This document shows, piece after piece, positions 11,560 through 23,137 of a DNA stretch of 64,000 nt; position 1 is the stretch's first letter, and every line of letters begins with the position of its first letter. Origin of the DNA: Phaeosaccion multiseriatum (lineage: Eukaryota > Protista > Ochrophyta, other classes); assembly GCA_965112735.1 (NCBI GenBank), contig OZ218957.1, positions 1,116,001-1,180,000 on the forward strand, read 5' to 3'. Below the pieces are notes generated by a model. It made no database searches. It had not been told where the DNA came from and was given only the letters and a program-made list of their open reading frames with translations. Both the position numbers and the translations under genes were made by a program.

Positions 11560-13154
11560 CTATTTGTAGGCCTGGGCGAAGTAGGAGATGCCTTTGTGTG
11601 GTTGGTGTCGCGAAAGGCTTGTCAAGGCACTCGCAGCGCACTTCTTGGCGTCTATCCACTTTCTTTGAGAGGAGGCCTTTGATATAGCTGCCAGTGCTGG
11701 AATCAGTCGTGAGAAGGCGCCCGCTCGAGCGCACAATCTAATGATCGAGCCCAGGGGGAAGGCAAGGACGAGGAAGGCAGCGAGGTCAGCTTCGGAGGGA
11801 AAAGAAGGGGGGAAGGCAGCTTCTCCTGTGCCGTGCTCCACTTACCTGCCGTCATGCTCAAAGAGAAGTGACAACAGCTCGAGGCTGGCCTCTCGGACGT
11901 CGCTGTCACAAGTAACATGTGATGTTGGGAGAGGTAGTTTGTTTCGCTCTAACCAAGAACTGGAACAGCTTGCAGCTTCATCTGTCAGCAGCGCTCCCCA
12001 GCCATCCTGAGGAAGAGAGAGTAGCTCCACTAGTCTGTGCAGCAGCTGGTCTGAGATATGGCAGAACACCTGACGCTGCGAAACAACAAAATGAAAGGAC
12101 AAACGGATGAATGCGAGTGAGCTCGACGCATCAATCGGGGCTCCTCACTTCCCGCTTCGCAAAACTCACCCTGTTGACCTCAACTTGAGCCAGTCGCTGC
12201 AAGAGATCCAGTCCTTTCAAGACCCAAATCCTGTCTTCCGACAAGACAAGTTGCTGGAGAATGGGGAATATCATGACAACCACACCCACGTACTCCAAAG
12301 CGGACGCCGTCTCAACCTTCAGAGGATAATCAGATGGGGTTGGAAATGGTTCGTCAAGGTTACTCGTGTACCCACACCACCGACACGTGTGTCTCCATCT
12401 CCAACTGACTCACTTGCTTGATCTTGGTTTCTGCCCAGACATGGGCTGGGGCGAGAGAGCCCAAGCTGTCCTCCATCCAGCCGTCGTTTTCATCAAGGTC
12501 TGTTTTGCGCAAGCCCAGCACATCTAGATGCTTGTGGACATGGGTGAGGATATCCGCGCACAGGGCTCCCGCCTCCAAGAGTGCCTCGTCTCTGCAGGCC
12601 CTCCGGCTCACACACGCAGCCAAAAATATCGTGTACACATGGCCCAAGATGCGCGTGCTGTGTGCGATGGGTCGCTCGTTGCGTACCACGAAGGATGCAT
12701 TTCGAAGAGCGAGCAGAATGCAAAGCAGAAGGTCGTCCTGCCCATGATGTCTATCACGGCCGACCCAGAAATGAAGGTCACTCTCTAATTCTGTGAGATC
12801 TACCTCCCACAGCCCAGCCATGTTGCTCTCTGGGCCACCGCTGACAGCTTCATCGTGTCGCCTTTTCCGGCTGCTCTTCCCCGCCATACAGCTCTTCAGT
12901 CTCTTCTCGCCCAGAGATGTGAGGAGCGAACGTGACGCAGTCAAGCGATCTAACAGATCGCAGATGGACTCGAGGAGATCTGGTGTATCTGTGAAGCAAA
13001 AGTCACGATTGGTGTCCGCGGTGAAACGCATCATGCTGTTTACTGCCTGTTCGGACGCGAGGGTGTAGAGGTGGTTGGTCCCCATGGCTTAGGGCGGGGA
13101 TGCATATCAAGCATCAACAATAACAACAACAATGCATGTCAAGCAACAACAAAA

Positions 13155-13190
<36 letters not shown>

Positions 13191-14280
13191 GAAGAAGAAG
13201 AAGGTACACTCTTACTTGTAAAACGCGGGGCATGTCGTGGCTCCGGATGGCGGCAGGCATATCAGCTTGCGACAAGGGTTCCCTTTCGCGTTGTTGAGCC
13301 TCCTCGTGCGGCCTGCTGCTTTCAAAAGAAGACATGTGCTGTGGCCTTCCGCTGGTGTGCAGCATGGGTGGAGCCTCAGCTGCATCATCTCGATGCATAA
13401 ACTGGTTGGGTATCGCGGCAGGATATATCCCCCCCTTTCTCCTGCCACCCTGCTGCTGCTCTTGCAATTGTTGTAGGTGCTGCTGCTGCTGTTGCTGGTG
13501 TAGCTGCAGCTGCTGCTGTTGCTGTTGTTGTTGCTGCTGCTCCCTCTCCAGCTGTTGCTGTTGCCGTTGCTGCTGCAGTAGCAGCTGCTGCTGTTGCTGC
13601 TGCCGCTGCTGCTTCTCCCTTTCCAGCTGCTGCTGCCGCTGCTGCTGCTCCCTTTCCAGCTGCCGCTGCCGTTGCTGCAGCTGCTGTTGCTGCTGTTGCT
13701 GCTCCCTTTCCAGCTGCTGCCGCCGTTGCTGCTGCTGCTGCTGTTGTTGTTGTTGCTGCTGCTGCTGCCGCTGCTGCTGCTGCCGCTGAGCAAGAGCCTG
13801 ATCCTGAGACTCCTTGCCTGAGGTAGGTTGGAGGAGTCCGGGGGCAGGCAGCTCCACATCCTTGTTGAACACTTCCTTCTGCTCGAAGGCGAAGAGATAT
13901 CTCCGATAGTGCACCTCCAGAACATTGCCTGCATGACTGTGGCTCCGAGGAATACCCATGGCTGTGGCCACTGACGTCCAGCGCTTTTCCCTCTCCACCT
14001 TTTCACTTCCTCCCCGGTACTGCACCTCGTTGTAGAGGGAGCAGAGGTCCAAAGGCTTGCCCACCAATATCGGAACCTGAGAAGTGGGCAGCAGCAGTCA
14101 GCGGGACTCGGTACTCCTCCCTCCCCTCCCCGCTTTTCTCTGACTGACCTTTGTAATGCTCTCTCCCCGCGACTGCCAAAAGGAGGTCACTCTTGACAAG
14201 AGTTCGGCATGCTTGTGGTTCTTGGCCTCATTATACATGGCCACCAAGTCCGAATACGGGGCTTTAAGGGAGTCCGCCAT
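11560..14280 (-). CDS. ARID/BRIGHT DNA-binding protein with polyQ tract and ARM-like C-terminus (ARID1/ARID2, SWI/SNF-subunit-like)
   Basis: VPILVGKPLDLCSLYNEVQYRGGSEKV...KRWTSVATAMG...LEVHYRRYLFAFE (ARID); long Q tract; 'ILLALRNASFVVRNERPIA' resembles the BAF250/ARID2 helical region; 3' exons approximate. Confidence 0.8.
13110..13790. repeat. (CAA)n/(GAA)n intronic microsatellite (13110-13203) and coding CAG/CAA polyQ tract (13450-13790)
   Basis: Visible directly. Confidence 0.9.
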
Positions 14281-14413
14281 GACGAAATCCCACAGCTGCT
14301 GACTAAACAGAGGCTCTCTTTTGGTCCGGTCAAGACGCCGAGGGAGCCGTCTCCGGACAAATGTTGACATATTCTCCCCTCTTCCCTACTTGAGTGACCG
14401 AGCCGCTGGTGTG

Positions 14414-17400
14414 ATGGCGTCTTCCGCTGCCGCTGCGGACGGTCTCGAGGCCTTGCAGCAGCAGCTGGTGCATTTTCGTTCGCACCAGGGGCAGAAGGAG
14501 AGTAGGAAGACAGCCCAAGCAGGACGGGGCGGGCCGAAGGATTCGATCAGCGAGCAGCTGTCGCTGGCCACAGAGCTTCTGCAAAGAGTGCATGAGGTCG
14601 GAGAGGGGATTATGCTTTCTTACGCGGTGTTGGACGCCCTTCTTCAGTGGTGTCTTCGCCTCGTCGCGAGGACTGGAGGCGGTCAGGGGGGAAAGGCCGA
14701 TGCGGCAGAGAGGAGGGTGCTCAGCGACAAGAGGTTCTGGCTGGTTCTTGCGGATGGATTGCGCGGGGGCAGGCTTCTGGTGGCTCAAAACTCCGTGCTG
14801 GCCATATTGCAAGTGGCATCGACTCAGCTGCGAGACAGCGTGGGGACTGAAGAGAACCTTCTGATGATGAAAGAGGCCGTGCGGTGTGTGGATGCGCTGA
14901 GTGTTGTGGCGACATCGACCACCGCGGGCCGATTGAGGCTAAGCTTGGACGCATATCGTCCATTTTTGCTGGCGGAGCTGCGGCTGTTCATGCAGGAGGC
15001 TTCGGGGGGGACGGGCGGCGGCAGCGGCAGTGTACAGACAGACAAGGCACCTTGCGAAGTGTTCCGTCAGCAAATGGTCACCGCGCTCTTGCGCATCTTC
15101 CGCACTTTGCAACGTCACCAGCCCAACCAGAGGAACGTGTTTACGCAAATGTGCCAGCATACGCTCGGGCCCCTTGTTCAGCTCAACGCCGTGTGCACTT
15201 CTCGGCCGTGGCTGAAGAGTCTGAGGGCCGAGGCAGGGGGCGTGCTCTGGGATGCAATTTTTGGTGCCGCGCACATTGAAGGCTACAAGTCTGTGTTCGC
15301 AGTGACAGCTGAAGCCGAAGCCCGTGTCGCGAAAGTAGGAGGTGACCGGCAGTCACGAAAGCGACCACGGCAACAGAAGGCCTGCTACCAACAGCAGCTA
15401 TTTGATCGACTGCATGAGCTCATATCAGGCGAATGTGAGAAAGGGGACGCACCCTCAACCGGGGCAGACGAGCTTGCTGCTTATTTGTCAGGACTTCCCA
15501 TGCTGTTCCGTGGCTTCGCACAGCGCGCAATCAGCCACAGATGGACAGACACGAAGCCACTCTTCTCAATGTGGGAAATGCTTTCGAAGCTCTTTCTCTC
15601 CGCGTGTGACGCCACAGACTCGGTGCATGTGCAGGTGGGGAGCTTGTTGCTTACGTCCCTTGAGGACCACAACGTGTACGGGGTCAGCGAGGATGTGAGT
15701 GGGACACAGCTAGCATTCTGCGCGACTTTTGCCCAATTCCTTGTTGACGGAGGCAGCAGCGAGGAGTGTCGCATTTCTGGAGCAGCTCCCCTGAGGACAG
15801 CGTACTGTGCTGCGTTCTCTTCTCTGGTCAATCTGAACTACCTCACGCTGCACGATCGCCTGCATTCTCTGCTGGCCACTCTCTCCAGCTGGTGCGCTTT
15901 TGAACAAGGCAATACGGTCAAACCCCTGCTGCTCCACCTCATTGAGACGTACCGCCGATTGCGGCAAATGCAGCATTTGGTGGGGGCACTTATGCAGCCC
16001 TCCGTCACTAGGCACTTGCAGGTCGGATCCGATGAAGGGCTCTCGGCTGCGTTTTCGCTCGCCTTTCAGGTCCTTCCAGAGGGACAGATTTCTGAGCTGT
16101 GGACGGTCTTTGCTTCGGAACTGGCGGGGGGCGGCGTGGGGGGGGAGGAAGCACAGCACTCTATTTTACGAGTCGAGCTGCTGTTCAAGTGTTTCATCAA
16201 GAATGTCCGGGTGACGACTCGGACTTTCGGAGTGGTGAGCAAACTATGTGCATCATTCCTGGCTTCCGGTGCATGCCTCTCTCTCGAGGCCTTGCTAGAT
16301 CTCGAGTCCGCCCCTCTGACTGTGATGGTTGCATGGCTCGACCTTCACAGCTGGCTGCTAAACTTGGAGACTCGCTGTCGCTTTTGGAGCAATGAGGATC
16401 AGGGGGGCGCATGCGGGGGGGAGTCTCCCACGCTTTTTTACCGGCTACGGCAAAAGTGTGTGCAGGAACGCCCAGCTACGGCTGAACAGACATATCTCCT
16501 GAACCGTGCGCTTCAGCAAATTGCCCTTCACCGCCTGCAGAAGATTCAGGGGGTGCTCGCAATAGCAGTGGACATGGACGCAGCAGGAAGAGCAATGCTG
16601 AACGGAGAAGCCAAGGGCTTCACTACCTTCATCTTTGAGCATGCTGGAAGCTCGGATGCCTCCTTCTTGGATCTATTGCCCCATTTGCCGGCGTGGGTGG
16701 AGTACGCCTCGAGTGCAGCGGTGCAGTCTTTTGTAGAGTGGGTGGTGCAGTCGGTCACGAACCCTGCAGGCGCTGGCTCAGAGAGTGCAAAGCGTGTGAG
16801 TCAGCTGCTTTCAGATGCTTCAGTCCTTGAAATTGAGCAGGTGGCGAATGAGGTGCTTTTGACTGTCCTGCGGTGCCTCTATGCTGCTAGTGGGATGGGC
16901 CTACTTGGCGAAGTTCAAGGCTTGGAGTCGGAGGCAGTGCTGCTCCTCATGGTGCAGAAGCGGCAGCAAGCCGGCGTTTGTGACAGTGATCGCGTGGTGA
17001 ATTTATTGCACTTGCTGGCGGCTTGCTCTCCTGAGTACTTTAGGCAAGAGGATGCTACGGATGCAGTTGCGGCCGCTGGCGTTTTGGACAACGTCTTTGT
17101 GGAGCACTACCTTGCCAGAAAGAGTAACAGCCAGTGCGCTTTGAAGGTGCTGGCCGCCCTGCGTTCGTTTTGTGCGAGATGGGGCCTCGAGACCACGAGT
17201 CGGAGCTTCCTGTACCACCAAGTGAAGAAAGTGTGTGATCTGTCTCCGCTTCTGGATATTACGCTTGCGCAAGGAGGCGATGAAGCTCTGCGTTCCGTCA
17301 ACGAAAACTTGATTCTCTCGACGGAAAGCTTGTTGCGCACGCTAGGCCGGCAGGTGGTCTTGTGGCAGGGAGATGCTCTGCGCGAGGCACTATCGGATGC

Positions 17401-18763
17401 CGTTTCCCGCCTCTGCTGTGCCAATGGTGGCGACGTCAACGACGCCCTGCTACACGGTATAGTGAGTGGGCTTTGCGACGGTTACGCCTTCTCGTCCGAA
17501 ACTCCTCTGTGGGGTGTGCCTAGGATAGCGGCAATGTTGCCAAAGTGTTTGCAAGGACGAGACCAAGGTTCTTCGACGAGTAGCAGCAGCAGCAGGGCCG
17601 CATCGCTTCGCCTGACGACCCGGATCTTGTCTCTTTGGAAAATGGCCCCCTCTCTAGCCGAGCAAGTCTTCTCTGGGGTAGACATGGACTTGTGGTTGCA
17701 GGTGCACATTCAGCACCTGGCACTTCTGCTCCCTATGCACCCAGAGGGAGGCGAGCTTCTGGCCACTGCGTTCACCTGTCTAGGGGACGCGTGTGAGCGC
17801 AGGGGTGCTTTCAAAGAGGCCATGACGAGCCTGTTCTCCGAAGGGGTGGTCTTGCTAGCGCTGGAGCCGAGGAGGGCTTTATCCATTTCGACTGCTGTGT
17901 GCGCACTAACTCGGAGCGTGGCTGGAAGTGAGGAAGGCTGTGGTTTGCTACTAGCTTACCTCCTCGAGCGCATTCGCATGGGCACTTGCACTGCTCCTTT
18001 CGATTCGGCGTGTGCGGCTGCCTTGATGTACATAGGACTTGTTGTTTCCAGCGGGAGGGGGGCAGCCTTCACGTCAGCTCTGTGCGCCTGCGCACAGGAG
18101 CTTGTCTCCGCGCTCAGCACAGCGCTGTGTCTAGCGGCCGCAGGTGGGCACAGCGCGATTGTCCTTCAGGCTTTGGTCGCTTTGGAGACTGTGCTGGCGC
18201 GACAGAGCTTTTCTGGACTGCGAGCGCGAGACGTGGCCGTTGTCATCAGTTCTCTTCAACCCGCTGTGCATTTGCTAGAGGACGAAGCGTGGGCGTCACA
18301 GGGCCTCGGCGTGATGTGTCGCCTCGTGTCAGCGCTCTTGAAGCACTATCCTCGGAAGGCGTACAAGTGCGCCTCACCCCTGACTTCAACGTGTCGCCTC
18401 CTGCTTCGCGCTTGTGTAAGGGCTTCTGCCAAAGCGCCTGGTGACACTCCTCTGGGAGACGTGGAAAACCCGGCCAAAAGTCTCGGCCGTCTGCTGCAGC
18501 GTATGGCCGACCACGTCGATGTACTTAGGCGGTACACTCCGTACCTGCTTGTTGAGTTCATCGGGTTGCAGAGAGAGGCCACGTTTTCCATGCCAGCGAC
18601 GGTGAAGGCTGAGTTGATGGGAGGGGTCTTTGCGCTGGTGGACACCTTGTCTAGCTTTGAGATCCAGCATTTGAACGGATTGCTGGGCCCTGCAGAGCGA
18701 GTGCTTTTCCAGCATGTCTATGCGGATTTCCAGCGCTCGTTCAAGTACAAAGGTCGGGTTTAA
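14414..18763 (+). CDS. URB2: Nucleolar pre-ribosomal-associated protein Urb2/Npa2, intronless
   Basis: ~1450 aa helical ORF ending 'RRYTPYLLVEFI...AELMGGVFALVDTLS..EIQHLNGLLGPAERVLFQHVYADFQRSFKYKGRV', the Urb2 C-terminal signature. Confidence 0.85.
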   Translation: MASSAAAADGLEALQQQLVHFRSHQGQKESRKTAQAGRGGPKDSISEQLSLATELLQRVHEVGEGIMLSYAVLDALLQWCLRLVARTGGGQGGKADAAERRVLSDKRFWLVLADGLRGGRLLVAQNSVLAILQVASTQLRDSVGTEENLLMMKEAVRCVDALSVVATSTTAGRLRLSLDAYRPFLLAELRLFMQEASGGTGGGSGSVQTDKAPCEVFRQQMVTALLRIFRTLQRHQPNQRNVFTQMCQHTLGPLVQLNAVCTSRPWLKSLRAEAGGVLWDAIFGAAHIEGYKSVFAVTAEAEARVAKVGGDRQSRKRPRQQKACYQQQLFDRLHELISGECEKGDAPSTGADELAAYLSGLPMLFRGFAQRAISHRWTDTKPLFSMWEMLSKLFLSACDATDSVHVQVGSLLLTSLEDHNVYGVSEDVSGTQLAFCATFAQFLVDGGSSEECRISGAAPLRTAYCAAFSSLVNLNYLTLHDRLHSLLATLSSWCAFEQGNTVKPLLLHLIETYRRLRQMQHLVGALMQPSVTRHLQVGSDEGLSAAFSLAFQVLPEGQISELWTVFASELAGGGVGGEEAQHSILRVELLFKCFIKNVRVTTRTFGVVSKLCASFLASGACLSLEALLDLESAPLTVMVAWLDLHSWLLNLETRCRFWSNEDQGGACGGESPTLFYRLRQKCVQERPATAEQTYLLNRALQQIALHRLQKIQGVLAIAVDMDAAGRAMLNGEAKGFTTFIFEHAGSSDASFLDLLPHLPAWVEYASSAAVQSFVEWVVQSVTNPAGAGSESAKRVSQLLSDASVLEIEQVANEVLLTVLRCLYAASGMGLLGEVQGLESEAVLLLMVQKRQQAGVCDSDRVVNLLHLLAACSPEYFRQEDATDAVAAAGVLDNVFVEHYLARKSNSQCALKVLAALRSFCARWGLETTSRSFLYHQVKKVCDLSPLLDITLAQGGDEALRSVNENLILSTESLLRTLGRQVVLWQGDALREALSDAVSRLCCANGGDVNDALLHGIVSGLCDGYAFSSETPLWGVPRIAAMLPKCLQGRDQGSSTSSSSSRAASLRLTTRILSLWKMAPSLAEQVFSGVDMDLWLQVHIQHLALLLPMHPEGGELLATAFTCLGDACERRGAFKEAMTSLFSEGVVLLALEPRRALSISTAVCALTRSVAGSEEGCGLLLAYLLERIRMGTCTAPFDSACAAALMYIGLVVSSGRGAAFTSALCACAQELVSALSTALCLAAAGGHSAIVLQALVALETVLARQSFSGLRARDVAVVISSLQPAVHLLEDEAWASQGLGVMCRLVSALLKHYPRKAYKCASPLTSTCRLLLRACVRASAKAPGDTPLGDVENPAKSLGRLLQRMADHVDVLRRYTPYLLVEFIGLQREATFSMPATVKAELMGGVFALVDTLSSFEIQHLNGLLGPAERVLFQHVYADFQRSFKYKGRV

Positions 18764-19122
18764 GATTGGGTCTGTATATGCTAATGTATGTAATGTATGT
18801 ACAAATACCTATGGAAGGGATTCGTTTGCGACCCTACTGGCTGTGGTTTCCACCGGTCCTCTCCTTCTCTAAACTTTCTTTGTACCCACCGAATGCTATC
18901 ACGTTGCATGGGGCCAGCCGCTCAAGGGGGCACAGCCCGTAAGTGCAAGCGCAGCGCGCCTAACATGAACAATGACTGGTCACAGAGGACTGCATCGCGA
19001 CAAGCCAGTCCTGGAGGGTCCTTCGTCTTCTCCAACACACCGCACGGCCCCTAGAGAGTAGCTAGCCCTCCTTCACGTGCCCTCTCCTAGAATCAGTCCA
19101 AGACCCAACCCCACCCCGGTCG

Positions 19123-21765
19123 TCAAAAGGAGAAAGTAAAGTCTGCGAATATCTCGTCTCCTCGGCGGCCTTTACCGCTTTCAGACGTGCTCTGGTTGGT
19201 AGCCTGGTGCTGACGGGAGCGAGGAATGGCACCATCGCGCTTGTGGGACTTGTCGCGCCTGACCGGGGGTGCTGAATTTACGCCACCATCAAGCGGGGCG
19301 CGGTTTGGCACGGCACGGTGGTCGCCGTCTCCACGCCGTTTACGCCCCGAAGGCAATCGTTCCTCCTGTGACTTGCTCGTGTAGTCCCCTGAACATTCCT
19401 CCCCAACCTTGACAATGCGCTCGGCAGGCTCTGGTAGCACCGTTGTCCTACTCGTTGTCGCCATATCTTCCAAAGCGGTGCCCTCTCCTTGCGATGCGCC
19501 TTCCACTGGAAAGAGCTCCTCCTCATCAAGCGGCGAAGAGGAGGGCCCAACGTCGTTGGATCCGTCCTCTTCCTCGAAGGAGGGAGTTACACTGGCCTCC
19601 GCATTCGCCACAAGGGCATCAGCATCAGCCTCTGCCTGCAGGAGAGAGGAATACAGATGCCGAAGAGCGCTGACGCCGCCCTGCCGTTCGCCGACCGTCT
19701 TGCGCAGCTGACCAAGGCGACTGTCCGTGACACTTTTCTGGCTGCGCAGTTGGTAGACTCCTTGTCGCTCTGCGGTGAGGAGCTCGGACCTCAGGTGTCG
19801 TACTTTCTGTGCTCGTTGCGGCGAAGGGGGGCTCGCCTCCAGTTTATCGAGCAGCTCCGCTCGCCTCACCTCGAGCTTGGCCATCGCCGTCTGGCATTGC
19901 CTAATGTCTAGTTTGGGGGGGGGGGGCGGAGGGGCGGAAAAGTAAGTAAATGGCAACACGATCAACCCGACTCCGTCCCTGCTCACCTTGTCCAAGCTTG
20001 GTGATGGTCCCCGAAAGGCGATGCTCCCCGGGTACAGCTTTGGACTCGAGGGCCTTGCGTTGGTCAATCTCTTTCCCCCGCTCACCTGCGCTGGTCAGCC
20101 TCTGCTGCCCATCTGCCAGTGCCTTCCTTGCCTGCTTGACGTCCCTCCCGAGTGTCTCGTGAAGCTGTGCAGCTGCATCCGCGGTGCTCTGAGCAGCCCT
20201 TTTCTCTCCTCGAGCACCTTTGAGAGCTGCTTTCTCTGCTGCGACTCCATCTCTCGCTGCAACGATGTGATGACGCCTAGCGCTGCGCTCGTCCGCTCTG
20301 CGCCGTCTTGCCTCTTGCCTGTCTGCCTCCGCAACGGCGGCTTGTCGGGCGGCCAGCAAATCTCTGAGCTTGGCCATTCCCGCCGACATGCGCCCACATA
20401 GCGAAGATCTTTCCAGGATGGCTTCTTCTACCTGTCTCGTATCCCTCTGCACGGCCACCCGCATTGCTGCTAAAGCGGTTTCGGATGCGTCGGCTTCCAC
20501 ACGGACTTCCCTCTCCACGACGGCATCTGCGCTCGCCTTGTTCATCGCATCCGAAAGAAGGCCAGCGAGTCTGCTTTCTTCCGCCTGGCCCCTAGCTTTG
20601 CCAGATGCCTGCATGGAAAGGGCACTACGAAGCTCAGACGAGGCGAGGGTATCCCTCTCCACGCTCAGCCCGACTGCTTGGGCAGCAGATTCCCATTGCT
20701 CTTCCTTCCGCTGCCTCTTGGAGGCTGCTTCCTCTTCAGCACTTTTGGAAGACCGCGCCTCATTCTCTGCACACGCCAGCATACTGCGTAGCCGCCTCCG
20801 CTCGTCTTCCTTGGCTGTGCTCGCATCCACCAGTAGCTGAATGTTCTCAGTTGTCTCTTGGAGGGCCCCTTGCTGTCTCTGAGCCTCGCAAGTGCTGTGC
20901 GCCGCGTTCGCTCTCTCCTCAGCGATGTGCCCCTCCAGCTGCTCGAGTCGCTCTTTCGCTGCTGCGCACGACGACGCGACTGCCTCAAGACGGGCTTCCA
21001 GGGCTATGCAGCTGCCTTGCTCACGGTCGAGCCTCTCGCGGACTCGGGTCATCATCTCCTGCGCCTCCAGCTATTCGGGTTTTAGAGTGAGGTGAAGAAG
21101 GATGGTTACGCAGGGCTATTTGCCCCCCCCCCCATGGAGCACTGACCTGTTCGTTCCGAAGAGTCTGGCACTCCTCCAAAGCGATTGCAAGAAGGCTCTC
21201 AAGTCCCGCATCCTTGCCCAAGAGGTTGTCGGCCAGCCCGCGCAGTCTCTTCTCATGCTCCTTCGTTTGCATGTGAACTCTTTCACCCCGCTCCCTCACC
21301 AGTTCAGTCCAGCAACCATTGGAAGATGCCTCGTTCTCTAGGTGCGCATGTAGGGAGCTGAGCTGTCTTTGATGAGCAGAGACGGAGGCTTGAAGGACCT
21401 GCGGGAAGCAACAGGCGCAGTTGACAACAAAAAGACTTCAGGGGCAGCCCGTCTAAAGCACCAAGCACAGAGCACTTACCTCAGCTTCCTGATGGACGGC
21501 ATGAAATTCACGCTCATAATTCCCGACGAGGTCTCGCACACTGAGTGCGAGCGTGCTGAGGGAGGCTTGGCCCGCCAGCGGAGAGCGTACGATGCTCTTG
21601 GCTTGTGGCGTCGCCGCCGCCGGTTTTAGCTTTCCTCTCAGCACAGCGGTTATCATCTCAGCCCACACTTCACTCACTGAAGCTAAGCTAGGCTATGCTG
21701 CGCTCACCCCCCCCTTTGAAGCGCAAGCTGTGGTCACTCGCGAAAAGGCGGGAAGATGAAGACAT
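19123..21765 (-). CDS. Uncharacterised long coiled-coil protein with disordered C-terminal tail (multi-exon)
   Basis: Heptad-rich A/E/R/L exons (19901-21055, 21021-21299, 21453-21677) joined by GT-AG introns; start codon tentative. Confidence 0.65.
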
Positions 21766-22049
21766 CACAGGTTGGCGAGAAGATGGATTCTACCGCGAGA
21801 AGATGAATTTTCTTCCCTGTCGTCCCGTCCTTCTCTTCTTCATTCTTTCTCTCTCCTTGGAACTTACTGATTTCCGCTCTCCACACAGCTACTTCCTGCT
21901 CAGTGTGTCTTTGGGGAAAGCTCGTAGAGAAGTGGAAGCTCCTCTTTCCTCCTTTCCTTCTCCCTCTTTCTTGATTGATTAACTGCTCCCTCTCCTTTTT
22001 AAGCTTTGAGCCTCGTCTCTTGAGGGTACAGTGATACGGGGGTGAAGAC

Positions 22050-23118
22050 ATGGCGCGGAGGGTGTCGGAGGAGGGAGAGGAAGTTCGCCTGTATTCAAGC
22101 ACACGGGACAGGTAGGAAAGGGAGGCGGGGGGGGGGGTGGGGAGGAGCGATAGCTGACGCCCCCTTGCGCTGCTGCTGTGTGTGGGGGGCGTGGACAGGC
22201 GGCGTTGGGATCAAATGCAGGAGTTCTTTGCCATCATCAAGACCACGGAGCACCTCGAGAATGCGCGCATCAAGAGCGCCATCTCGAACGAGGAGTACGA
22301 AAGAGAATGCAATGTGCTAATCTCCCAATTCAAGGACACGGAACGCGCTTTGGTCACGTCCAATGTCATCACCAGTACCCAGTAAGTGTATGATTTGGGG
22401 CTTGGGCTTTATTTGTTTACCTCTTTGTCTCTAACCAGAACTGCTTAGAACACCACAACACTGGAGGGAGGGAGGGAGGGAGGGAAGGAGGGAGGGTCGA
22501 GTATGGTTTGGGGCTTGCGCTTTGTTTTTTCCGCCGTGTGAGTGTCTGACCAGAACTGCTGACCTGTCTCTCTCTCTCTTCTCTCCTTATTGTTGGTCCT
22601 GGGAAGGGACTTTCTGTCTGAATACGGTCTAGGAGACTGTGCCTACGCCATCGAGCGTCTCGTGAAGTATGGCGTCCCTGCCACTGTAATACATCGTGGA
22701 GTGGACGACGGTCACCACGTGGGCAGGGCCAGACAAGCCGCAGAGGCGACGCAATGCTTCATTACAGCCATGGATGCGCTGAAATTGGAACAGCGAGCAG
22801 TGGATGAGATCCAGCCCCTGGTATGTTCCTTTCTCTGCACTGCACGTGGACATGTGAGTATGGAGCTGAATACACCTCTTTCCGTTCTCTCCTCCCCGGT
22901 GTATTGCACAGATGAGCGACCTGATGGACCGGCTGAACAAGGTTGATGGACTCCCCCAGGACTTCAGTGGAACCTTACGAGTCAGGCAGTGGCTCATCGA
23001 GCTCAACAACATGCGTGCAGCGGACGAGCTCTCGGAAGAGCAAGTGAGGCAGCTCAGCCATGACATCGAAAACTCGTATTCAGACTTCTTTAAGCATCTT
23101 GAAAACGCCAAGCAGTGA
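22050..23118 (+). CDS. VPS28: ESCRT-I subunit Vps28
   Basis: EEVRLYS..RDR|RRWDQMQEFFAIIKTTEHLENARIKSAI...YERECNVLISQFK; AEATQCFITAMDALKLEQRAVDEIQPL; WLIELNNMRAADELSEEQVRQLSHDIENSYSDF. Confidence 0.95.
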
Positions 23119-23137
23119 GGCTGCACAGGAGGGTCCA

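Noticed and set aside
13212-14006. Poly-Cys, poly-Leu and poly-Ser ORFs
   Set aside because: Alternative frames and the antisense strand of the ARID polyQ CAG tract.
1-18763. Functional cluster of chromatin and nucleolar genes (NPL-FKBP, ING-SGF29, ARID, URB2)
   Set aside because: The genes are interspersed with unrelated ones, and chance adjacency in a compact genome is sufficient without synteny evidence.
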